From: Blastocystis sp. subtype 4
Lineage: Eukaryota
Assembly (NCBI RefSeq): GCF_000743755.1
Contig: NW_014569545.1
Span: 62,001 to 112,045, forward strand
Direction of reading: 5' to 3'
DNA length: 50,045 nucleotides
Shown here: in pieces, positions 40,276-50,045 of the stretch
How positions within the stretch are numbered: the first letter of the stretch is position 1
Layout of the letters: each line of letters opens with the position of its first letter
Translations under genes and position numbers: made by a program
The notes under the pieces: model-generated
What the model was told of the DNA's origin: nothing
The model's database searches: none
Seen by the model: only the letters and a program-made list of their open reading frames with translations

Positions 40276-41535
40276 ATGGATTGGCCAACGATCAGTTCTC
40301 ATTCAGTGAGAGATGAAATCAACTCCATCACAGTAAGGATATCAACTCTCCTTCAATCAAAGATCCCTTCAAGGACTATTCTCTCATCTGGAATCGATGA
40401 ATTGGATCTTGAAGAATCCATTAAAAAGCAAGTAGGGAGTTTGGAAAACAACTCAACAAATGCAGATACAACAGTTTGTGGAAAGCATTCAGCAATATCA
40501 CTTAGTTCAAGATACTCTTCCTGGAATAAAATCATTGTTTTTGGTTGGACTTCGATGTGGGAGTTATATGTAGTTACGATACTTCCACTATTTAGAGACT
40601 GCCATTAATTCATTTCCACAAAATAGCAGCTGTACAAATGATTTTGTCAATTCCATGAGAATGGAACAGATTCGATCCCTTATTCAGTCTATCAAGATTT
40701 CTCCAAGTGTAGATATTCTCGAGGAGAGTGAGTTATAGACAGGCTCGCGTACTAATCAGCAATTCACCGAACGAATCAAAGCTTGTAGGACTGCTCGAGA
40801 ATCTTGTATTGAAGTGTTGAATGAAATGAGGATAAGTTGAACTGCTGTTGATTTCTGAGTATAGATCATGTGAACATGTCCTTTCCCATCGATCGAGATG
40901 AACTATCCACAATTCCTATACCATCTGCATCTCAGATTCAGAAAGATTTACAGCGTGAGTCCTTTATTCTCAATGGTACTGTTTTTTCTGGTGCATTGGG
41001 GTGTGTCAATTAAAGTGTACTAACCGATAGGATATCCCATATTCGTTCTTCTCTTGCTAGTGCTTGCAGTTCCATCGCTGATGAAGAATCGATTGATGCA
41101 ACTGTGGAACGAGTGATGGAGATGATAAGCAGAACGAGAGTTGGAGAGTATTGCTACAATGAATTGTGTATGGAATTGTGGAATAGGAATTCTGAATAGT
41201 GAAAGTGTTACCTGTTGGTGATGCATCCCTTATTCTTAAGGTGGATAATCAGAACACCATTCCTATTGAACTTCAAATTAATTCAAACATCTATGAGGTG
41301 AAAGGTGAGATGAAATGGGGATTAGTCGTTTCATCGTTTTTCGGTTTCAATTACTCCGTATAACTAAGTTTGGATGGTTAATGAGAAGATAATCGATATT
41401 AATGATGTAACTAATCAGAAGGAAGTGATCATGAACATCAAGTTGTCCTTTCATAGCTACAATTGTTTTGGAATGGCTGAATATAGTGGGTGTGATTTAG
41501 AGGACAGTGGAATGGTTTCGATATCTTTTGATTGA
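40276..41535 (+). CDS. Hypothetical protein
   Basis: Exons joinable by ~30-nt introns (QIQKDLQRESFILNG..MISRTRVGEYCY..); boundaries approximate. Confidence 0.5.
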
Positions 41536-41552
41536 CATGTTTATTCACAATA

Positions 41553-43335
41553 ATGATGTTAAGTCGGCATGTTCTGAAGGCAACTGTTTGCAAATCGGCA
41601 TTTCGTTGTTTTGCAACAACGAATACGTCTAGACTGAGCATGTTGGAGGAATTACCGAAGTAGGGCCTATTCTAAAGTTTTCATGGTACAGTACTCCTAA
41701 ACTGAAGCCTGCTCGTGATTTAAAAAAGCCAGAGACGATGTCAACGACGCTTCCTTGTGGTTTGACTGTTGCTACCCGTGAAACATATGAAACTGTAGGA
41801 CCTTTCATTTCATGTGATATCGTAGGTGAGTTCCATTGGTATCTTTGTTGGTTCTGGAAGTGCTGATGAAGAAGGTAGTTTTTCATTTTCAATATTGATA
41901 TACAGTGAACGAATATGGTAGTGCGTATATGATGGAAAAGATGGCGTTTAAGTCGACAGAGAACAGATCAAGAGAGACCATGGTAAAGTATGTTCAGTAT
42001 TAGATTGTGATGGATGTAGAAATTTAGAAGACATTGGAGCGAATCTGATTACCCGAAGTGGACGAGATAGTATTATGTACATTGTGGATACACTTCGTGG
42101 AAATGTTGAGAAATGCGTGAGTATGTTTGCTGATACTGTGATGCATCCACTTCTGCAAACAGATGAGATTGAAGAGTCAAGTGTCGGAATTGGACTGAAA
42201 CCTAATTTTTTAGCATATTTTAGATTACGAAAATGAAGATAGTATGATGAAACGAGATTATTCTGCATTTTCGATGGATGTACCTTTTGTTCATTCCTCT
42301 TCATTTCTAGTATCTTCATGCTGCAATGTATGGAATGAAAACTCCATATGGTCATCCTCTACGTTACCACAATCCAAATCTGTACTATTTTTGTCCTTCT
42401 CTTATTGTCAGAAATCATGAGATTTTACAGGGTTACTGGAAGAAACACTTCCGACCCGAGAATATGAAGATTGTTGGTATTGGTGTGGAACATGAGAAGT
42501 TTGTCCAATTGGTGGAGAAGTATTTTACTTACCCCTCCTCACAGCCTGTGATTCTGCCTAAGACTTATTCAAGTACTAATGAGATTCTGAAAGGTGGACA
42601 ATATCACACAGATGTGAACGGAATGGACCAGACACAGGTGAATTTGGGTCTTCATTGTGATGGATGGTCCTCAAAGCGTACAACTGGGATCTTCGAGTGA
42701 TGGATAGATATGGTTTCAATCAGTCTGCTCCAGACATTGTTAGGAGGAGGAAGCATGTTCAGTGCTGGAGGTCCTGGGAAGGGAATGTACAGTCGACTCT
42801 ATACAGTAGAGAAAGAATGATTGTTTAATACTAGGATGTGATGAACCGATATGGATGGTTTGAATCGTGTAATATTCAGCTAATCATGTACAGAAATCAA
42901 GGCCTGGTCACACTACAGTGTCTGGTGCCATTCACCTATGTGTCACCCACAACAAAGATTCTCTGTGATCATATTCGTCGATTGATTGGTAAGAATTGAG
43001 AGAATGAATAATGAGTAGGGGAACCTGTATCAGATGAAGAGTTCATGCGATCAAAGAATCAATTGAAGTCAATGATCTTTATGAATCTGGAACAACGTTC
43101 TATTTATTGTGAGGAAATTGGACAGCAATTCTTATCATATGGTAAACATAAGCCACCAGAAGAATGGGCACGTGAAATTGATGCATTGACAAAGGAGGAT
43201 ATTATGGTTGCTGTTCAAGAGATGTTAAATTATCCTATCTGTTTCTCTGTGTTTGGAAAGGATGTTACAAAGGAAATCAATACACTTCCTCCTGTAGATG
43301 GTATCAATGCTTATCTGAAGATGCCTTATAAATGA
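41553..43335 (+). CDS. Mitochondrial processing peptidase alpha subunit
   Basis: Presequence [20 protein letters not shown]; Gly-rich loop [35 protein letters not shown]. Confidence 0.93.
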
Positions 43336-43364
43336 GGGGTAAATTGTTTGTTCAAACAAATAGA

Positions 43365-45889
43365 CTACAGAACAAAGATTGCTGATGACTCTTCCACTTG
43401 TACAATCCATTCACCTTGAATAATCACAAACTTAGCGTCCTCATTTGTTAAACGTAACTCCTCTTCAGTGAGAACGAATCGCAGTTCCTTCTCTTCTCCG
43501 TTCTTCAGATTTACACGATCGAAACTACCAAGTGTTTTCACAGGGTAACCACTTGTTCCAGCCTATACATCAAGATCAAAATGTATCACAACCAAAGGAG
43601 ACTTCAGGAAGAGGAGAACACTCTCACTACCATCCATGGGACCTTCATTCTTCACATGCACAAATATTTCAACTTCCACAGTACGATGGTTCCGACGAAG
43701 TCGATAAGAAGGCAGTTTCCCAACAGTTACTTTATGAGAAAAGTGTGAATAGGAGAGGCCATATCCGAAGGGATACTGAACAGGCCCCTCATAAAATCGA
43801 TAAGATCGACCTGGATACTCCGATATCTACAGGTGATACGAAGAAAACAGAAAGACGGGATCAGGTCGCATCGCCATATCAAAGAAATCTACCTTCTCTA
43901 CATAATCATTGTAATACCACGTATTCACAGTACGACCACCTATGAATGATACTTAGTAGAGAGAAATACTTGGATTCACATCACCATTCAATACCTCAGC
44001 GATCGCTTCACCTCCAAACATTCCTGGATATCCAACACCTATCACACCCTTCACTAATGGCTGAGAAACATAAGCACTAACATCAAGAGACCCACAACCA
44101 GAGAAGAGGAGGAGAATCACTGGAACGTTCAGATCCTGAAGGACCAAATCAATGAGTTGACGCTGACCTTCTGGCAATAGAAGTGTTTCTCGATCCAATC
44201 CTTCTCGCTCCAGCTTCTGGTTGATACCAACAGCAAATAGAATCAAATCAGCTCCTTTAGCCATCTGAACTGCTTTCTCACGAGTAGCAGAATCATCACA
44301 ATATACATCTGAACATCCCTAAGTAATAATCATGAATCACTTCTACAGGAGCAATAACTGCATCTGACTGATACTTCTTCACACCATCAGCTACGCTACG
44401 AATAAACTCGGGGATGCCTTCATAGTTTCCTAACATGACATCAGTGTCTTCAGCAAAGGGGCCCATCACAGCAATTCTATTCATCATAGCATCTCACTGA
44501 AATCACCGATGCGATGCAAGAGATACAGGTAGGAATGAATCACGATTCTCCAACAATACAAGACCTTCACGTGCTGCTTGCAGAGCGAGTGCATGATTCT
44601 CTGGGGTATTCAATCTATCCAGCCCGTATGAAGTATAAACTTGCTCTTCAACCGGATCAAAGTAACCGAGACGCATCTGGACTTTGAATAAGTTGACAAG
44701 AGCTAATTGAGACTCTAAATTCATTTCTTACCTTGATCAATCTCTTTCTCTTCCACCAAACCGACTTCAATTCCATGTTTCACATGATTTTTGTAGTAGT
44801 CTCCACAGTCGATATCACAGGTTGCAGCGACAGCTTGATATTAAATGACACACAGTATCCAAACCTAGTGCTACTGTAGTATCAGAATTATTGGTGTAAT
44901 GATGATAGTTCTCAATGGTATCAATGGCGTCACAATCAGCTGTAATGTATCCTTCAAATCCCCACGAATCACGAGCCACTCCATAAAGAAGCTCTTTACT
45001 GGCACAGGATGGAACTCCATTCACTGCATTGTAACTGCACATCAAAGCAGAAGCACGGGCCTTCTTCACACAGGATTCAAAAGGAATCTGGAATCTAAGA
45101 GTTATTACTTCTTCATGTTACCACGTATCCTGCATATCTCGTTCTTTGACTTTGGCATCAAACCAGAAACATTTCACTCCATGCCAGTTATCCAAATCAT
45201 AGGCTGTATAGTGCTTGCAACAGGATGAAACTTTTAGATAGCGATTGTCTTCTCCTTCTTGCATACCACGGACAAACTCAACTGCATAGCTTGAAGTCAG
45301 ATAGGGATCTTCTCCAGGCGTTTCTTGGCCCCTTCCCCAACGAGGATCTATCATTCAATCACTAACAACAACAGTACCTCGAAAGATGTTGACATTGGGG
45401 GACCAGAATGTCAAATGTGCATTTCCTACGTTACTCATGGCTCTGGCTTCTGTTGAAATTGTAGAAGCAATCCGGTGGAAGAGTTGTCGATCGAATGACT
45501 GGGCGGTAAGACTGACTTGGGGAAATGATGTTGCATATCTATTCATCAGTGGTTCAGTTGGAGATTACGGAGTCTTTGAATCAAAGACAATTCCAGGCGA
45601 TTTCCCAATTCCATGAAGTGCTTCTGACCACCACTGGTAGTCTGGAATATGAAGTCGCTTTATCCCAGAAGCCTCATTTCCCATCAACTGAATCTTTTCA
45701 TCCAATGTGAGTTCGGATATCAAGCTACGAGCACGATCTAGTTTTAGCAACATTCCATAACTAGATACCTTCAAAATTCAATGACATATTACACCATGGT
45801 TTCGACTTCCATGGTTCACCGTCACAAGGTCGGTATCCCAAAGTAGCAACAATAAGGAACAGAAAGAGCAAAGATATGGACAGACTCAT
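43365..45889 (-). CDS. Secreted GH3 beta-xylosidase/arabinofuranosidase-like glycosidase
   Basis: Signal peptide [67 protein letters not shown]-terminal Fn3-like domain. Confidence 0.92.
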
Positions 45890-46070
45890 CGCTTACAAAA
45901 TGGATATTAGGAGTTTCGTAGCTATTACAGGAATACGACCTATCCTGGTGTTATCCTTCAAATCATTGCAAATACATAGGAGACTACAAAAGAGACATTC
46001 TGACAAGACCCCCTCACAGTATCACAATTCTCCATTCTTTCGTTTCGATATTTGTTCATTCTATTTCTCA

Positions 46071-48482
46071 ATGTCAGACAGTGAAAGTAGCGAATTAGTG
46101 GACAGTGAAGCTGGTCTAGAAGAAATGGAGGATGAGAAACTGCTTTCTTCTGATCCTGAAGACAATAGCAATGAATCATCTGACGAGGAGGAGCTCGATG
46201 AGGAGGAAAACAATGTGGAAGAAGAGTTTCTAGAAGATAGTGGAGAAGACGAAGAATTAAGTAGTGAAGATGAGGAGGAAAAGAAACTAACAGAGGATGA
46301 ACTTCGTCGTATTCATCTGGACGATTTCTCTTCTGACGATGAGGTTTGGTTTGAATATTGTTGAATAATGTCCAGGAAGCCGGAAATACGATTGGAAATA
46401 TTCCAATCAAATGGTATGATAAGTATGATCACATTGGATATGATCTGAATGGTGAAAAGATTATGAGACCCAAGTCTCTGGATGCTATTGACAAATACAT
46501 TCATTCGCATGACAAGAACGAAAGGTTGGTGGAATCTTGGAATGTAACAAGTAGATGGACAATCTATGATGAAAAGGAGGGAAAAGAGATTCATCTAACA
46601 CCTCGCCAGATCTCTATTATTCGTAATCTTCAGAATCATCGGTATGCAGAACCAGGATACAATGATGAAACTGAATACATTCCCTATTTCTCAGGTGAAG
46701 TCAGTGTCCTTCCGTGGTCGGAGTCTTTGTCTAAGGCTTCATTCGTTCCTTCAAGATGGGAACGTCTTAAGGTGAATGAGATTATTCGAGGCATCCAAGA
46801 AGGTCGTTACAAACCACGTAACTCATAAAAGAGAAGAATAATGTGTAGATGAGAAGAAGGAGCATTCATTGTATGAGATGTGGGAGAATGAAGGAGAAGA
46901 ACGAAAGAATGGTCCTCCAAATCTGATGGCTCCAAAGTTACCCCTCCCTGGTATGAATGAATGACATTTGTGATGTGTTAGATCACAGTGAGTCATACAA
47001 CCCTCCTGATGAGTATTTGATGAGTGATGCAGAGAAGAGGAAGTGGGAGGAAGCAGATCCTGAAGAACGAGAGAAGAACTATCTCCCTCAAAAGTTTGCT
47101 TGTCTGCGTCGTGTTCCTCTGTATGGAAACTTCGTGAAGGAGCGATATGATCGTTGTTTGGATCTCTATTTGTGTCCTCGCTCTCTCAAGCGTAAGATGA
47201 ATATTGATCGAAGTGTTTTGTTGCCCCAGCTCCCTAATATCAGTGAACTACGACCGTTCCCAACCACACAATCAATGCTGTTTGAATCTCAGTCAGATCG
47301 TGTGCGTTCAGTTCAAGTCGATGCTAGTGGATACTACATGGCTACTGGAGGAGATGCCAAGGAGTGTAGGAGAGAAGGGAAGAGGTAAGATATAGTGCAC
47401 ATCATTGAGATTATCACGGGACGTGTAATGAAAACCTATTCATTTCCCGCAGTTATCCAACAAATCCGTTGGAATCCATCTCCATTGTTGAGTGATGTGT
47501 TGGCTGTGGTATGTGATTCAACGGTGTATTTCCTGGATACAGAGATGAGTGGGAATGAAGAGATTCATCAGCATTGTCAGGATCTGTTACACAGTCGTAG
47601 GAAAGTAGGAATGAGTGGAGGAAATGATAGAAAGGAGAGTGAACCAGAAGAAGTACGTGGAGTGACATGGTTAGTGAATGAAGGAGCAGAAGGTGATGAG
47701 TTTGTGAGTAGTGATAATGTGATTGTGATGAAGCATCTGAATCCAGTGAAGGACATTGCTTGGCATACGAAGTGTGTTATTAGAATCATGTATGATGAAT
47801 AGAGGCGATTATATCTGTGTGAATGCTAGTGATGCTTCCTCTTCAGTAATATTCATTCATCAACTCAGTAAGGGTCATACTCAGATCCCTATCAGTAAGG
47901 TGAAGGGTATTGTACAACGAGTCCTCTTCAGTCCATCTTCTCATCCTTATCTGTTTGTAGCCACTCAGACGGAAGTCAAGATATACAATCTCGTGAAGCA
48001 GACCCTTGTAAACAAACTGAAAACGGGAGTGAAGTGGGTATCTTCAATGGCCATCCATCCTTCGGGAGATAACCTTGTTGTGGGCTCATATGACTGTCGT
48101 TTATCTTGGTTTGATCTGGACTTGGCTTCAACTCCATTCAAGACGTTGCGATATCACAAGAAGGCGATTCGTTGTGTTCAGTTCCATAAGAACTACCCTC
48201 TGATGAGTACCTGTTCAGATGATGGAACCATTCATATATTCCATACTACGGTCTATAAGTGAGAATGGAGGAGTGATATGATTTGTAGTGATTTCATTCA
48301 TAATGCACTGATTGTTCCTCTTAAGGTACTTCGTGGACATGAAATCAAAGGAGAGTTGGGTGTGTTAGATACGGAATTCCATCCAAATCAGGTAAGAGGT
48401 AGTTGGGTATGTTGAGTTGTAGCCTTGGATTCTGACTGCTGGAGCCGATGGTACCGTGAGAATGTACATCAACATTCCTTGA
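46071..48482 (+). CDS. BOP1: Ribosome biogenesis protein BOP1/Erb1
   Basis: [60 protein letters not shown]40 C-terminus. Confidence 0.95.
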
Positions 48483-48601
48483 TCTCTTTATGGCCTGTTT
48501 GTTGAATTGATCTCCTGAATCCTTCTTTCATCTGAATGACCGTTTCGATTTCCACATTTCCCCATTTGTTTCAAAGTCCATATCTCCTCCAATTCAAACC
48601 C

Positions 48602-50035
48602 ATGAGCAAGGCGATTGATGATCCGATGATTATTTCCATTCCTTCTGACTATGTGCAGGAGGATGCAATTCGACGAGCAATTGCAAGTTCCAGCAATGAT
48701 TATTGCAGTAGATCTGAGTGAAAATGAATGAGGAATAGCGATGTATACGTTTTCAATTCCAAATCTGGGGGAATGTACTCTTGAGATGTTGATGGTAGGT
48801 TTTCTTGTGACTATTGTTGTTCTAATGATTGTAGCATCTAAATGATGAAATGCAGAAGATTGATACGGTGACAAAGAGTCTGCTTGAGAAGATTGCGAAA
48901 ACGTATCATGATATGAACCAAGATGGTTCAGAGAAGAAGTTGACGATTGATGGAAGGAGTCTCATTGATTACTTGTGTCAATTCCATTGGGATGAGGAGC
49001 GTTTTCCTGAGAAGAACTCGATTGGTGAACACAAGAATGTGGTTCAGCAGGTAGAAGATGAGAGAGAGTGATAGGAATAGGATGGAAAGCGTTTGGATAG
49101 TGANNNNNNNNNNNNNNNNNNNNNNNNNNNGCAATGAAACGTAAACGAGGGTATGAATAGGAAGGTGTGTTGAGTGTAGAGCGAACATTCTGAGTGCTCC
49201 GTTAGCAAGTGTGTTGAAGGAGGAGGAGATTATGGAGATGACCCATGGAGCATCATTGCGTGACATTTTCATCGAGACAGAGTATTTACAAACCGTGGTT
49301 GTGATTGTGATGAGTTCACAAGAGAAGGACTTTTTGAATCGTTATGAGTCCTTGGGATGTGAGAGAGATTCTTCGAAGGAACCTGGAGCAACTGTTCCGA
49401 AGGTGGTTCCAAAGAGTGCTCGCAAGTTGTTGGTGGATGCTGAGGGTTATGTGGTATATTCAGTGGTGATTCTGAAGAAGTACCTGAGTCAACTACAGCA
49501 TGCTTGTCGTGAGAATCGTTTCACATTGCGTCTTTTCAATGTGCAGAGTTAGATGAGGTGAATACGGCTGATGACAGTGAGGAAATCTTGTTGGCTCAAT
49601 ATGAGGCCGAAGAGAAGAAGTTGAAGGTGAGCAAGTGAAAGGAGAATAAGGAGTAGGCAGATATGCTTCAATGGTGTCGTCCAAACTATGGAGAGATGAG
49701 TGATTGGATTCATCTGAAGGCACTTCGTGTGTATGTGGAGAGTCTGTTGCGCTATGGTTTGCATGTGAAGACATACAGCTTTGTAGTATTGGTATGAATG
49801 AGGGAGATAACTGAGGAATAGCCCAAGGCAAAGACTGCAGGAAAGATGTTCACCTCACTGTCTGTGTAGGAGAGATAGGAGAGAAATGAGAGATAGACTG
49901 TTTAAAGGATTGGGAGGCAGTTTGGATGCTTATGGAGCTTTGAATGAAGAGAATCTGATCCTTAGCGCTTTGGGAGGAAGTGACTCTGCCAACTACAGTT
50001 ATGCTTGTGTTGGTGTGGAGAGAGTCTTGTGTTGA
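48602..50035 (+). CDS. V-type ATPase subunit C
   Basis: [53 protein letters not shown]; interrupted by an assembly gap. Confidence 0.9.
49104..49130. other. Assembly gap (N run)
   Basis: Run of n characters. Confidence 1.
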
Positions 50036-50045
50036 TTCATTTGGA

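Noticed and set aside
40353..41226. Possible minus-strand gene (ORFs 40353-40535, 41020-41226)
   Set aside because: Plus strand gives a more coherent exon chain with ~30-nt GT-AG introns

Overview
Gene-dense, AT-leaning eukaryotic DNA with about 31 protein-coding genes. Most are broken by ~30-nt GT-AG introns, intergenic gaps are tiny, and many genes have a TGTTTGTT-type motif at the 3' end. These traits match the stramenopile gut protist Blastocystis (inferred; subtype not determinable). Genes include TIM44, a TDG/MUG glycosylase, clathrin light chain, VMA21, an ICT1-like protein, RPL37, a CHD remodeller, CENP-I, AP-1 mu, NOP2, striatin, ceramide synthase, HisRS, PP1, a USP, a NAK kinase, an NPSN-like SNARE, PMM, SEH1, an RluA-type synthase, MPP-alpha, a GH3 xylosidase, BOP1 and V-ATPase C. 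The standout is a ~180-nt non-coding element on the minus strand (about 7050-7230) that looks like a telomerase RNA gene. It has a CUAACCCUAACCCU template, an adjacent boundary hairpin, an H-type pseudoknot, a closing helix, a 3' three-way junction and an upstream AAACCCATAA USE-like promoter element. Other notable points: several genes whose stop codon appears to be created by polyadenylation, two bacterial-type genes (ChW repeats; DUF1648/DUF5808), a bromodomain inserted inside a CHD chromodomain, and an ICT1 homologue lacking GGQ. Exon boundaries and RNA folds were read by eye.
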